Numbered from the whole stretch's first letter, positions 36,744-50,877 are shown. The stretch is 63,685 nucleotides of DNA, filler included, from Octopus bimaculoides (GCF_001194135.2; 4 parts of 3 records of this genome joined end to end with filler, not necessarily neighbours in it), one strand, 5' to 3'. Notes: generated by a model from the letters alone, not told the origin. A program made the numbers and translations.

Positions 36744-37184
36744 AATATATACACATATATTATATATGTATGTATGTGTATGTGTGTGTGTGTGTATATA
36801 TATTTGTAAATAGCTGCATACATGTAACTGTTCATTCATACATACATTTACATACACACACGAACAAATATATGTTTACATATAACTGTTAGGATTGTTA
36901 AATGATAAATAAGAAATATTTAATAATAAAAGGTCTCAATAGCCTTCATAGAACCCAAATGTTACTATTTGTACGTATGTGTGTTTGTGTGTGTGTGTGT
37001 GTGTGTGTACGTGTCAGTGATTGTGGGTTTTTAATTTCGTCTTTGGATGTTTATTCAAAGACATACACGCATAAACACACACATGCATGTATGTACATGT
37101 GTATATGTGTGTGTATGAGTGTCTGTGACTGTGTTTTCTGGGGGTGGGGGCGAATGCAGTGGTTTGGCAGAATAAGTCTTTGAA

Positions 37185-37425
37185 GGCAGTGAGCTGACTG
37201 AAACGTTAGTACGCCGGGCAAAATGCTTAGCGGTATTTCGTCTGCCGCTACGTTCTGAGTTCAAATTCCGCCGAGGTCGACTTTGCCTTTCATCCTTTCG
37301 GGGTCGATTAAATAAGTACCAGTTACGCACTGGGATCGATATAATCAACTTAATACGTTTGTCTGTCCTTGTTTGTCCCCTCTATGTTTAGCCACTTGTG
37401 GGCAACGAAGAAATAAAAATAAGTC
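37185..37425 (+). mobile_element. SINE family A monomer (tail type 1)
   Basis: gagctgactgaaacgttagtacgccgggc...gtttgtctgtccttgtttgtcccctctatg. Confidence 0.88.
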
Positions 37426-37814
37426 TTTGAAGTGTCGAGCAAAATCTCTTGCTCTGAAGTCTAATCCGGCTGAGGTCACATTTGAGTTATCCCCATCAAT
37501 AAATTAAGTATATTATATTATGCTAATTGTTTCCAGTGTTTTCTGTCTCATGTGTCATTAGTCTGATATGCTTTTATATTCACTTATTTTATTTTTCATT
37601 TGTGACTATCTGATGAAGAGTTCTTATCCGAAGCGTAAGCAAATTTCATTTCATTGAGAGTGGAAATAACTATAAATTCAACCGTTATATCATGTGTGCT
37701 GTTGATTTTAAAATCTTCTTTTTCTCTGAATTTATTTTTCTGGCTGTCCACGCGTGCGATCCCTCCAATGTATATTAATCTGTATGTATATATGTCTATA
37801 TGTATATGTATAAA

Positions 37815-37843
37815 TAGACAAACAGACAGCCGGATAGATAGGC

Positions 37844-37937
<94 letters not shown>

Positions 37938-38025
37938 GTAGGTAGACTGAGACAGTGACAGTCTGACAGACTGACAGACAGATAGATATATAGACAGAGA
38001 GACAGACAGATAAATAGATAGACAG
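37815..38025. repeat. (GATA)n/(GACA)n microsatellite
   Basis: Direct reading. Confidence 0.95.
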
Positions 38026-39024
38026 ATTTCATATACCATATGCGTGCGCATACCGCTGTGTACGATTTTCATGTACGCTTGTGCATGAAAAGTATATGTT
38101 TGTGCGTACGATTGAATACGTGTGAGCAATGCTTGTGAGTAAGTGGATGTATGTGTGTAGGGGTTGTATGAAGAATATTACAATATTTACACAGTTTCCA
38201 TCCACTAGTTCATAAGATGCCACTTATATATATATATATAGGAGTAAACAGACAGCCGACAACTGATAAAGAATCGTTCTTTGNNNNNNNNNNNNNNNNN
38301 NNNNNNNNNNNNNNNNNNNNNNNNNNNNNNNNNNNNNNNNNNNNNNNNNNNNNNNNNNNNNNNNNNNNNNNNNNNNNNNNNNNNNNNNNNNNNNNNNNNN
38401 NNNNNNNNNNNNNNNNNNNNNNNNNNNNNNNNNNNNNNNNNNNNNNNNNNNNNNNNNNNNNNNNNNNNNNNNNNNNNNNNNNNNNNNNNNNNNNNNNNNN
38501 NNNNNNNNNNNNNNNNNNNNNNNNNNNNNNNNNNNNNNNNNNNNNNNNNNNNNNNNNNNNNNNNNNNNNNNNNNNNNNNNNNNNNNNNNNNNNNNNNNNN
38601 NNNNNNNNNNNNNNNNNNNNNNNNNNNNNNNNNNNNNNNNNNNNNNNNNNNNNNNNNNNNNNNNNNNNNNNNNNNNNNNNNNNNNNNNNNNNNNNNNNNN
38701 NNNNNNNNNNNNNNNNNNNNNNNNNNNNNNNNNNNNNNNNNNNNNNNNNNNNNNNNNNNNNNNNNNNNNNNNNNNNNNNNNNNNNNNNNNNNNNNNNNNN
38801 NNNNNNNNNNNNNNNNNNNNNNNNNNNNNNNNNNNNNNNNNNNNNNNNNNNNNNNNNNNNNNNNNNNNNNNNNNNNNNNNNNNNNNNNNNNNNNNNNNNN
38901 NNNNNNNNNNNNNNNNNNNNNNNNNNNNNNNNNNNNNNNNNNNNNNNNNNNNNNNNNNNNNNNNNNNNNNNNNNNNNNNNNNNNNNNNNNNNNNNNNNNN
39001 NNNNNNNNNNNNTGTGTGTGTGTG

Positions 39025-39078
<54 letters not shown>

Positions 39079-39894
39079 GGGGTGGATATATGAGTATATA
39101 TGTGTGAATGCGTGTTTCTTTAAGTGTATGCGTGTAGGAATGTAAGTATGCGTGCTTGTATATATATATATATATATATTTGTATATCATTGTATTATAT
39201 TTATATATATTATGTATATGTGTGTGTGTGTCTGTGTGTGCTTATGTGTGTGTATGTGTGTGTATGTGTATATATAAAACTATATAGATAGATAGATGCA
39301 AATGTATAAATATGTATATGTTTACACACATACATATGTGACTGTATATACACACATATTTATATATATATATATTTATTTATATATATGCGCATATACG
39401 TATGTATTTGCGTGACTCTATGTGTATATATGTGTGTGTTGTAGAATATCGTATCATCTCCTATCATATATCACATATCTGTGTGTTATATTTGTTCACG
39501 TTCATAGCAGTATGAGTGGATGTAGGGTACAGACAAACAGGTCAAATACTAAATAACAGAATATGTATTCGTTATATAGTTCTCCGCCATTACACTATTG
39601 CAGTGATGACGTCGCTTTACGACCTCTTCGTCTCTCGTTGATTTATGAAACATCAAAATCTTCTGTGAACAATGGCCTATATTATCAACGTTCTTGTCTA
39701 TTCGCTGTTGACATGGCACTGCTCGCAATATTTCACGATAGTCTTTGAAAATATTTCTCTTTTCGTTTCCTTGCTTATATCTATTCAATATTTCAGTATC
39801 AATGTCTTTAATTTCAGATGATTCGACTTTATTTTACGTCCTTCAAATTTTCGATTAACAATTTCAATGTTTATACATTGAATATAGGCGCACG

Positions 39895-40320
39895 AGTGAC
39901 TATGTGGAAAGAAGCTTTTTTCCAAACCACATGGTTCAGAGTTCAGTCCTGCTGCGTGGCACCTTGGACAAGTGTCTCCTACCATACCCTCCAGCCGACC
40001 AAAGCTTTGTGAGTAGACTTGTTAGATGGAGACTGAAAGAAGCTCGTCGTATATGCATACATATATGTATATGTGTGCGTAGGTATGTGTGTGTGTGCTT
40101 GCGTGTATATTTGTGTCCGTGTTTGTCCTTCCCTCAACATCACTTGACAACCGATGCTGGTGTGTTTACGTCCCGTAACTTAGCGTTTCGGAAAAAGAGA
40201 ATGATAGAATAGGTACTACGATTACAAAAAATAAGTCCTGGGGATGATTCGTTCGACTAAAGGCGGTGCTCCAGCATGGCTGCAGTCAAATGCCTGAAAC
40301 AAGTAAAAGAATAAAAGAAT
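39895..40320 (+). mobile_element. SINE family B
   Basis: ccacatggttcagagttcagtcc..gcaccttggacaagtgtctcct...gcggtgctccagcatggctgcagtcaaatg. Confidence 0.88.
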
Positions 40321-40429
40321 ATATATATAAAATGAAAGTTTTGGTTGTTGTTCTTAATTATTTATCCTACCCGCGAGTATCCCTGGTACAGGAACCATTT
40401 AATTAAAGGGTACTTTTATTGAACTGTAA

Positions 40430-40690
40430 ACGCCACAAGGCCTGGCTTACTGTGCTCAAACAACCAGTCCCTTAGGATTAGGAAATCCCACAGGATTTTG
40501 CTGGTCCCCGGCTCAGCCACTCTCGGCGATTTGTGCTCTTACGATGCCATGTCGCTCTTGTAGTTGTGGTTGTAGTTCTGGTTGAAGCATTCCAGACGTG
40601 GCAGCCTCGTCTTTTAGTAAGACATGATATATACAGCTGCATTCTCATTGAATCGATTCGTCTTCAACGCGTTCTGCCTCTACCCACCCC
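40430..40690 (-). mobile_element. Third R4/Dong-type endonuclease-region fragment
   Basis: EHKSPRVAEPGTSKILWDFLILRDWLFEHSKPGLVAF (cf. EHxPxxVxExxxxKILWDFxIQTDxxIEHxKPDIVVV). Confidence 0.6.
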
Positions 40691-41065
40691 ACGCCTCTCT
40701 CTTCCTCCTCTCCTCTGCATTACAGTCACGTGATGATTAATATACACCAAACTGATCAACCGGCCACTAAATCTACTCAAAAATATATTATGCGCCACTT
40801 GAACCTCTTCAGAAAACACTTTCTCCAATTTACTGTTCTTTACATTACAATAAATCTGCTTCTAGAAGTTACATTATATTTAGACTTGAAAGTCTATTAA
40901 CCGACGTTAGATCTACTTTCAGATGATGATGATGATGGTGATGATGGTGATTTGTATATTGATTTATTGAACCAATTCATGATACACTTGATTGAAGTGA
41001 TTAATTACTGACAGAGTTGGAGGCAATGTTAATCCGCGAGGGAGAGTAAGAGACAGTCACAATAG

Positions 41066-41320
41066 ACTGATATTTGTTTCATTATTGACCACAGGGGGCT
41101 AAACATAGAGGGGACAAACAAGGACAGACAAACATGGACAGACAAACGGATTAAGTCGATTATATCGACCCCAGTGCGTAACTGGTACTTAATTTATCGA
41201 CCCCGAAAGGATGAAAGGCAAAGTCGACCTCGGCGGAATTTGAGCTCAGAACGTAACGGCAGACGAAATACCGCTAAGCATTTAGCTCAGCGTGCTAACG
41301 ATTCTGCAAGCTCGCCGCCC
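41066..41320 (-). mobile_element. SINE family A monomer
   Basis: Reverse complement of 41386-41616. Confidence 0.9.
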
Positions 41321-41385
41321 TCATCGACGATAAACTAATATTACGCCATCGTAACCAGCAGTCTCGGGTAAATAGAGCTTAGATC

Positions 41386-41825
41386 AGGCGAGCTGGCAAA
41401 AACGTTAGCACGCCGGGCGAAATGCTTAGCGGTATTTCGTCTGCCGTTACGTGCTGAGTTCAAATTCCACCGAGGTCGACTTTGCCTTTCATCCTTTCGG
41501 GGTCGATAAATTAAGTACCAGTGGCGCACTGGGGTCGATGTAATCGACTTAATACCTTTGTCTGTCCTTGTTTGTCTCCTCTATGTTTAGTCCCTTGTGG
41601 GCAATAAAGAAATAAGAAACGTTAGCACGCCGGGCAAAATGCTTAGCGATATTTCATCTGTTTTTACGTTCTGAGTTCAAATTCCGCCGAGGTCGACTTT
41701 CCCTTTCATCCTTTCGGGGTCAATAAATTAAGTACCAGCTGCGTACCGGGGTCGATCTAATCGACTGGCCTTCACCCCCCCCCCCCAAAAAAAAATTCGG
41801 GCCTTGTGCCTACAGTAGAAAAGAT
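41386..41825 (+). mobile_element. Dimeric SINE family A
   Basis: Monomer plus tail 1, then aaacgttagcacgccggg monomer plus tail 2 (gggccttgtgcctacagtagaaaagatt). Confidence 0.9.
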
Positions 41826-43084
41826 TCTACCCTCTGGACCTCCATAGCCATTTCAAGTATATTTTAAACAATCCTACGGTGTTTTTATATATATTTCGAG
41901 ATGGTCATTTGATTTTTTTCTTTTTCTTTTTCTTTTCTCTTTTTGCCAAATAAACACACACATTATATATTCGTTCTTCACTTCAGATTTACTATTGTTC
42001 TCGTTTTAGTCCAATGAGCTAAACAGAACAGGAGGAGACACTTGGCATGGAGAGTCGCCGAAGAGATCACAGGAGGTGTGACGAAAGATTTCACACAAAG
42101 GACACTAAAATAACAATAATAAACAATTGAAGAACGAATACATAGTGCTTGTGTTTATTTGGCAAATAAAAGAGAAAAACGACCACGCCTGAATATGACA
42201 ATATTTGTTTCAACACACGATTCCACATCAAGAATCTTGCAATGTAAATACATAAACGTGCATATATATATATATATATATATATANNNNNNNNNNNNNN
42301 NNNNNNNNNNNNNNNNNNNNNNNNNNNNNNNNNNNNNNNNNNNNNNNNNNNNNNNNNNNNNNNNNNNNNNNNNNNNNNNNNNNNNNNNNNNNNNNNNNNN
42401 NNNNNNNNNNNNNNNNNNNNNNNNNNNNNNNNNNNNNNNNNNNNNNNNNNNNNNNNNNNNNNNNNNNNNNNNNNNNNNNNNNNNNNNNNNNNNNNNNNNN
42501 NNNNNNNNNNNNNNNNNNNNNNNNNNNNNNNNNNNNNNNNNNNNNNNNNNNNNNNNNNNNNNNNNNNNNNNNNNNNNNNNNNNNNNNNNNNNNNNNNNNN
42601 NNNNNNNNNNNNNNNNNNNNNNNNNNNNNNNNNNNNNNNNNNNNNNNNNNNNNNNNNNNNNNNNNNNNNNNNNNNNNNNNNNNNNNNNNNNNNNNNNNNN
42701 NNNNNNNNNNNNNNNNNNNNNNNNNNNNNNNNNNNNNNNNNNNNNNNNNNNNNNNNNNNNNNNNNNNNNNNNNNNNNNNNNNNNNNNNNNNNNNNNNNNN
42801 NNNNNNNNNNNNNNNNNNNNNNNNNNNNNNNNNNNNNNNNNNNNNNNNNNNNNNNNNNNNNNNNNNNNNNNNNNNNNNNNNNNNNNNNNNNNNNNNNNNN
42901 NNNNNNNNNNNNNNNNNNNNNNNNNNNNNNNNNNNNNNNNNNNNNNNNNNNNNNNNNNNNNNNNNNNNNNNNNNNNNNNNNNNNNNNNNNNNNNNNNNNN
43001 NNNNNNNNNNNNNNNNNNNNNNNNNNNNNNNNNNNNNNNNNNNNNNNNNNNNNNNNNNNNNNNNNNNNNNNNATATATATATAT

Positions 43085-43127
<43 letters not shown>

Positions 43128-43789
43128 CATGTATATAATTAAACGTTATTAGGAATTTATCTTTTATCTCTTATTTGTTCCATTCATTAGATTGTGGCTA
43201 TGCTGTAGTACTGCCTTGAAGAGTTTTTTTAGTCGAACTAATCGACTCCAGAACCGCTAAGTTACGAGGACTAATAGCATAATAAATTTTGAATATTTAT
43301 GTAATGTAGAAGTATAAGCGGGCTATTGCTCATAAATTTTAACAATAAAATCTTATGCGGACCCTACCAATAGTTATATTGACCCTGGTTGGGCCCCACT
43401 GGTTTAGACAGATGTTGAGCTAAGATATACGACCCCAGACATTTCACAGAATGGTAGAGTTGATAGGATACGCCCCGGCATTGATTACATCCCTAATTAC
43501 ACCAACCACAGAAAAATAAAAAGCAATATCGACATTGATGGGATTTGAAACAACAACGACGATTGATGAATCATTCCCACACCGATTCTGCTGAGGCTTG
43601 AAATTTGGGGAAAGGGCATGAGTCGATTACATTGATTCCAATACACAACTGGTATTTAATTTATCGACCCCGGAACAATGAAAAGCAATGTCGACCTGAG
43701 CGGGATAGTACACTCTTTTACCAAAATTTGGAACCAGCGTATTTTAACACCATTGTCGTCTCAGACATTGTTAGAAATGGTTTTTCTGA

Positions 43790-44477
43790 TAGTTGTTGTT
43801 GTTGGTGGTGGTGGTGGAGGTGGTGATGGTGGTGGTCGCCGTCGTCGTGGTGACGGACATACTGTTTAACCCCAGGTCGATCGTGAGAAAACAGAACTAT
43901 GATAAAATGCTTTCCATAATAATGACCATCCCCATCTATTTGATTTCAGATTGTATATTCCAACATGCACTTCCTGTTTTATTAAGGATTGGCATGTATA
44001 TGGTGTCGGTAATTGTGGCGGTGCGGTGGTGTGATGGTGACGGTAGTACAAGCAGTGGGGGTGGTAGTCATGGTGAAAGAGGTGGTGGTGGTGCAGTTGA
44101 TGATTGTGAGGATTGTAGTGGCGGTGGTGGTGTTGGAGGCAATGGTAGTGGTGGTGATTTTTGTGGCTGTGATTGTTCTCCGAACGAGCGGTACTGGTGG
44201 TGGTGCTGGTGCTGGTGGTGGTGGTGCTGGTGGCAGTGGTGGTGGTGGTGGTGAGTTCATCAAGTAATGTGTAGCAGCAGTACCACCACAACCATCACCA
44301 CCAACCACCACTAACCCCACCACCCACCGCCGCCACCGCCTCCACCGCCAGGAATGGAGTGAAGGGACTGTTAATGTTTGCCGTGTCCCTAATAATGGGG
44401 CTGCTGTAAGGGAGGTGTGGTCGATATTAATGGTGGAGGGTGTTGATTTTGGTGGACGAGGTGTTAATGGTTATCGT
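43790..44477. repeat. Degenerate (GGT)n/(ACC)n low-complexity tract
   Basis: Direct reading; similar tracts at 52925-53250, 55330-55520 and 61190-61460. Confidence 0.85.
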
Positions 44478-45999
44478 NNNNNNNNNNNNNNNNNNNNNNN
44501 NNNNNNNNNNNNNNNNNNNNNNNNNNNNNNNNNNNNNNNNNNNNNNNNNNNNNNNNNNNNNNNNNNNNNNNNNNNNNNNNNNNNNNNNNNNNNNNNNNNN
44601 NNNNNNNNNNNNNNNNNNNNNNNNNNNNNNNNNNNNNNNNNNNNNNNNNNNNNNNNNNNNNNNNNNNNNNNNNNNNNNNNNNNNNNNNNNNNNNNNNNNN
44701 NNNNNNNNNNNNNNNNNNNNNNNNNNNNNNNNNNNNNNNNNNNNNNNNNNNNNNNNNNNNNNNNNNNNNNNNNNNNNNNNNNNNNNNNNNNNNNNNNNNN
44801 NNNNNNNNNNNNNNNNNNNNNNNNNNNNNNNNNNNNNNNNNNNNNNNNNNNNNNNNNNNNNNNNNNNNNNNNNNNNNNNNNNNNNNNNNNNNNNNNNNNN
44901 NNNNNNNNNNNNNNNNNNNNNNNNNNNNNNNNNNNNNNNNNNNNNNNNNNNNNNNNNNNNNNNNNNNNNNNNNNNNNNNNNNNNNNNNNNNNNNNNNNNN
45001 NNNNNNNNNNNNNNNNNNNNNNNNNNNNNNNNNNNNNNNNNNNNNNNNNNNNNNNNNNNNNNNNNNNNNNNNNNNNNNNNNNNNNNNNNNNNNNNNNNNN
45101 NNNNNNNNNNNNNNNNNNNNNNNNNNNNNNNNNNNNNNNNNNNNNNNNNNNNNNNNNNNNNNNNNNNNNNNNNNNNNNNNNNNNNNNNNNNNNNNNNNNN
45201 NNNNNNNNNNNNNNNNNNNNNNNNNNNNNNNNNNNNNNNNNNNNNNNNNNNNNNNNNNNNNNNNNNNNNNNNNNNNNNNNNNNNNNNNNNNNNNNNNNNN
45301 GGTGGTGGTGTTGGCAGTGTTGGTGGCGGTTTTGGTGGTGGTGGTGGTAGAGTTGGCGGTGAGGATATATATTGTAATACATTCTATAATGATGACCTAA
45401 TCACCGCTAATCACTAATGATCAGAATGGAAGACATAATTTCAACAACAGAACAAAAACGAAAAAAAAAAAAAATATCCAAATAAACGCACAAAAACATA
45501 AATAAATAAAATAAATAAAAAATAATACAAAACTTACGAAAAAAAAATCCGATTGTTAATTTAATGTAAATGGAGCGAGGGTAATGACGGTGGGGATATT
45601 TCCTTCTAGAATGGTAAACATGCAGAATTATATTGCAGGTAAAGTAGGTTAATTAGGGGACGCTAAAGTCAAATCGGAAATGACTCTAACGTACAGACAA
45701 TGAGCGATTAGACATCTTAGCTGTTTATCGAACGATTCCATATCTCTAATCATGAATTTGTCTAGGGAGCACCTTACATGATTGCTGTCTGGCTTCAGGT
45801 CTGCTCTCTTTCACTCCCTCCATCCTTCACTCTCCACATCTCCCTTTCTTCCTTCCTTCATTTCTTTCTTTCTTTTTTCTTTATTTCTTACACATGCACA
45901 CACTATCTTTCTCTCATTTTTTTATCTTTTCGCTCTCTCTATTCTCTTTCTCACCCACTCATTCTCTCACGCTCTCAGAAATACATAGATACATATCTA

Positions 46000-46076
<77 letters not shown>

Positions 46077-46235
46077 CCATCCATCTATCTATCTAACTAT
46101 TTATCTATCCATCTGTATAGGTGTGTGTGAGTGTGTGTGTGTGAGTGAGTGTGTGTGTGTGTGTATTATGTATGTATATGTGTGTGAGTGTGTGAGTGTG
46201 CTTGTATGTATGCATGTATGTATTCATGCATGTGA

Positions 46236-46280
<45 letters not shown>

Positions 46281-46298
46281 TATACNNNNNNNNNNNNN

Positions 46299-46375
<77 letters not shown>

Positions 46376-46547
46376 CATACATATATATGTATGTATACAT
46401 ACATGCATGCATGCATACATATGTAGATACCTACCAATATATGCGATTAAATTCCAAAGCATCAATCTCTTTAGCCTAAAAATTGATCGTTCATTCTTCA
46501 TCTCTCATTTGCTCTCTATTTATCTGTCAGTATTATAATTACACACA

Positions 46548-46637
<90 letters not shown>

Positions 46638-46699
46638 ATATAAATAATATTTAAATATATCCATATATGCATGCATATATGTACATACTTACATATATA

Positions 46700-47040
46700 T
46701 GTATATATACATACATATACGGGTACAGGACGTAAAAAAAACGTGAACAAAATGAGAAACAAGAACATAAAAAATATACAACATAGAAAACGAACTTTTT
46801 TTCGAACAACGAAAGAAACAAATAAAGAAGCAAGACAGGCAACATAAAGAACAATCCCCTTCATCAGTTTGTCCCCGGTTCTATCTATTCCGTGTTTCGA
46901 AGGTAGGGACAAGACGCGACTTCATTAAAACAGTCCTTCCCGCAAAGCAAATTAAATGAAATTTGGATTTTTTTGCTGAGGGTTAAAGTGGTAACAAAAA
47001 CAGGACAGTAAGAAAAAAAAAGTAAAAGCAAACGGTGAGG
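46700..47040. repeat. Unclassified interspersed repeat-like segment
   Basis: Non-microsatellite block containing cttcatcag and gtttcgaagg motifs of the kind seen at Penelope-like termini; family not established. Confidence 0.3.
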
Positions 47041-47324
47041 GCTGTTAAGCCAAGACGATGTGGAGTGGTGAACGCTGAAAAAACGAGCTTTGAGAAGAGA
47101 CAGGCAAAAACTATTGAAAAGTTTGCAAGACGCAACGAAATTTTAGAAAAATACAAAAGAAATAAGTGGAAATTTTACCGGTGAGTGGGTTAAATTATAA
47201 GGCACTAAAAGAGAATGACTCTCCCTAGAAACAACAGTACATGCTTTAACACACGAACTCACATAAAGAATCTTGCAAACCAAATCCAAAATCTCTCTCT
47301 ATATATATATATATAAATTTATAT

Positions 47325-47530
47325 GTGTGGGCCTTTATGTCTGTGTTTGTCCCCCCACCATCCCTTGACAACCGATGCTGGTGTGTTTATGTTCCCGAAA
47401 CTTAGCGGTTCGGCCAAAGTGACCGATAGAATAAGTACTATTCTTACAAAGAATAAGTCCTGCGGGTCGATTTCTTCCACTAAAGGCGTTGCTCCAGCAT
47501 GTGCAGCAGTCAAACGACTGAAGCGTGTAA
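47325..47530 (+). mobile_element. SINE family B, 3' half
   Basis: ttgacaaccgatgctggtgtgtttatg...ggcgttgctccagcatg. Confidence 0.85.
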
Positions 47531-47899
47531 AACAATATATACATATACACACACACAAATACACACACACATACACACACACATACACACACATACATAC
47601 ACACGCGCTTACACACATGGTAGATCCTCACATTCATATCGATTTCAAAACCTCCGATTTGACTTTAGCGTCCCCTAATTAATCTACTTTACTTGTAATA
47701 TATTTCTACATGTTTATCATTCTAAAAGGAAATATCCCACCGTCATTACCCCCGCTCCATTTACATTAAGAACTCGAGTCAAGTGAGATTGTTACTGTTG
47801 CTAGAGAAAGCAAAAAACTAGTACAAGAATTTAGGTATCCCTTTCTATTTCACCAATTAAGACCCTGTACGGTTGCCTACCGACCCCAAAGTGTTAAGT

Positions 47900-48330
47900 G
47901 ACCACTTTGAATGTCGACTGTATCCCACCACTCATTGCCACTTACGGCCAGTCGTGCATTGCCAGCTATTGTGAAGGGAAACTGAATACCGGTGGACTGT
48001 TGCCTTATCACTTGACCTCCACTTTAAACGAGGACTTTACAGCTGTGTCCAGCATCTCGATGCCGAAGGTGGCATTGATGCTGAGTCCTAACGGGATGTG
48101 CATTTTGATGTGCTCGCTATGGTCATCTCATTAGGGACTGTGCAGAGCTAACTTTCGCTTTCAATTCAAGTTTTGGCGTTAATCTATGTTCTTCTCATCA
48201 GTGAAGAAACACAGCATACTGGATTTCTAGTGGCGCTTCAGCATTTTCCGTAATGAGACGATAGTGCGATGCTGTTTCGTCGCTGGTTGGCTGGAAATTC
48301 ATCCTGCTTTGGCAACTGTACATTTTCGTA
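47900..48330 (-). mobile_element. Tc1/mariner transposase relic (DD37D/maT-like)
   Basis: CFFTDEKNID and IPLGLSINATFGIEMLDTAVKS (cf. FSDEKNFD, FPxGLRINAxxYIEVLxxVVKPW), then WP; many stops. Confidence 0.5.
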
Positions 48331-48699
48331 TTAAAGACAAACAGACATACGCATGCGCGCAGGAATATTCACATACTTACTGATCGAAATGATGACTGTC
48401 AGAGACGTTATAATTCTTTAATTGACACAAACACGACTAACTTAAACACTTTCCTTCTTTTCATACAAGTAAAGAAATATAATGAAATACATACAGAGAG
48501 GAAGAGCAACAGACAGAGCGAGAGAGAAAGAAAGCAAGGAGGAAGATTCGCACACTTATTGTAGTGATCCTCCTGTTTTTGTAAGCCATGTAAAAGACCT
48601 CAGAAAGTTGGGCCACCAGCCAGGCCTTTCACGACACCCTTAAAGCCAGGAACTTTTCAGCACTCCCTCGCGTGTGTGTATACATATAGGCATTTTTTT

Positions 48700-48904
48700 A
48701 TTCTTTTATTTGTTTCAGTCATTTGACTGCGGTCATGCTGGAGCACCGCCTTTAGTAGAAGAAATCGACTCCAGGACTTATTCTTTATTAGCTTAGTACT
48801 TATTCTATCGGTATCTTTGGCCGAACCGCTAATTACGGGACGTAAACACACCAACATCGGTTGTCAACCGATAGTGGGGAGGACAAACACAGACACACAA
48901 ACAC

Positions 48905-48943
<39 letters not shown>

Positions 48944-49078
48944 AGTTTTCGTCTACCAAATCCACTCAGAAGGCTTTGGTCGGCCCGAGGCTATAGCAGG
49001 AGACACTTGCCCAAGGTACTACGCAGTGGGACTGAACCCGAAACCATATGGTTGGTAAGCAAGCTACTTACCATACAC
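48700..49078 (-). mobile_element. SINE family B with internal (TA)n
   Basis: Reverse complement of 39895-40320. Confidence 0.88.
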
Positions 49079-49454
49079 GAACTCCTTCGCCTATACATAC
49101 ATATGTATACGTTTGCATATAATTTTAGCATGTATATACGTGTGTGTGTACATGTATGTGCCTGTGTGTTTATACATGTATGTGTTGTGCGTGGTGTGTA
49201 CATACGTGTATCCGTAAATGGTGACTCTTCATCTATGTGTGCACCATTCTTACATACGCGCGTCAGTGTCCGTACGTAATTCCCCACTCCCCAGGTCCTC
49301 AACTTTTAATGTAGTATAGTCCTTGATCCATTTCTAATAAATTAACCATCTTCATATTGTTCGCCTCTCCATCTCTGCAACATTTGTTTCCGTGAAAATT
49401 CAACGTTGGTGTTGGCGAGAACATGAAATATTATACATTCCTACAAAAGCCTTC

Positions 49455-49499
<45 letters not shown>

Positions 49500-50379
49500 T
49501 TCTATATCTGGTCACTCCAGTATATTTTACNNNNNNNNNNNNNNNNNNNNNNNNNNNNNNNNNNNNNNNNNNNNNNNNNNNNNNNNNNNNNNNNNNNNNN
49601 NNNNNNNNNNNNNNNNNNNNNNNNNNNNNNNNNNNNNNNNNNNNNNNNNNNNNNNNNNNNNNNNNNNNNNNNNNNNNNNNNNNNNNNNNNNNNNNNNNNN
49701 NNNNNNNNNNNNNNNNNNNNNNNNNNNNNNNNNNNNNNNNNNNNNNNNNNNNNNNNNNNNNNNNNNNNNNNNNNNNNNNNNNNNNNNNNNNNNNNNNNNN
49801 NNNNNNNNNNNNNNNNNNNNNNNNNNNNNNNNNNNNNNNNNNNNNNNNNNNNNNNNNNNNNNNNNNNNNNNNNNNNNNNNNNNNNNNNNNNNNNNNNNNN
49901 NNNNNNNNNNNNNNNNNNNNNNNNNNNNNNNNNNNNNNNNNNNNNNNNNNNNNNNNNNNNNNNNNNNNNNNNNNNNNNNNNNNNNNNNNNNNNNNNNNNN
50001 NNNNNNNNNNNNNNNNNNNNNNNNNNNNNNNNNNNNNNNNNNNNNNNNNNNNNNNNNNNNNNNNNNNNNNNNNNNNNNNNNNNNNNNNNNNNNNNNNNNN
50101 NNNNNNNNNNNNNNNNNNNNNNNNNNNNNNNNNNNNNNNNNNNNNNNNNNNNNNNNNNNNNNNNNNNNNNNNNNNNNNNNNNNNNNNNNNNNNNNNNNNN
50201 NNNNNNNNNNNNNNNNNNNNNNNNNNNNNNNNNNNNNNNNNNNNNNNNATATATATGTGTGTGTGTGTAGACACACACATCATGAATTCCCTATTTACTT
50301 ATGTGTGTGTGTATGTAAGTTCGTATCAATGTATGTACGTATTCATGCATGTACGTACGAATGCATGTATAAATGCATG

Positions 50380-50423
<44 letters not shown>

Positions 50424-50717
50424 GTGAGAGAGAGAGGGGTGTAATTACTCCTCTCCTTTCCAATTCAAAAGCCTAAATATGAGTGAAATAATCTGGATAC
50501 CTCCATTTCTTAATTGTAAAGGCTAACTGCATTTTGTATACTTTGCAACTTTCAACCCTCAATTAATTGTAATTATTGAAGTTATCTCCTTTACTTATGT
50601 TTTTACTTTTTGAAATTACGTAAAACAACAAACAGGAGCTTTTGTCCAGTAATAATAAGGATCCTATCTGACTCATCTGTCCGACGGAGAAGCTATGACC
50701 GAGGAGACACTCAAAGA

Positions 50718-50877
50718 GGTCGAAACGTTGCGGTGTCTCAAGTTCCCTTATACCGGTCAGCATACGATCGCTGTTGTTTGTTCATCACCAGAGAATACCC
50801 TTGAGACGATATATGTCCATCACACACTCATTCTTTCACTGGTATAAGGGAACTTAAGACACCACGAAGTCTCGACC
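50718..50877. repeat. 40-bp imperfect inverted repeat with ~80-bp spacer
   Basis: ggtcgaaacgttgcggtgtctcaagttcccttataccggt vs the reverse complement of actggtataagggaacttaagacaccacgaagtctcgacc. Confidence 0.85.

Larger units (their letters stand above)
45561..47769. repeat. Pair of ~118-bp inverted repeats (45561-45678 and 47653-47769)
   Basis: ttaatgtaaatggagcgagggtaatgacggtggg...cgctaaagtcaaatcgga and its reverse complement, roughly 90% identical by eye. Confidence 0.9.

Noticed and set aside
46845-46915. Hammerhead ribozyme on the minus strand (cgaaac...ctgatgaag)
   Set aside because: Helix III and the NUH cleavage site cannot be formed in this arrangement.
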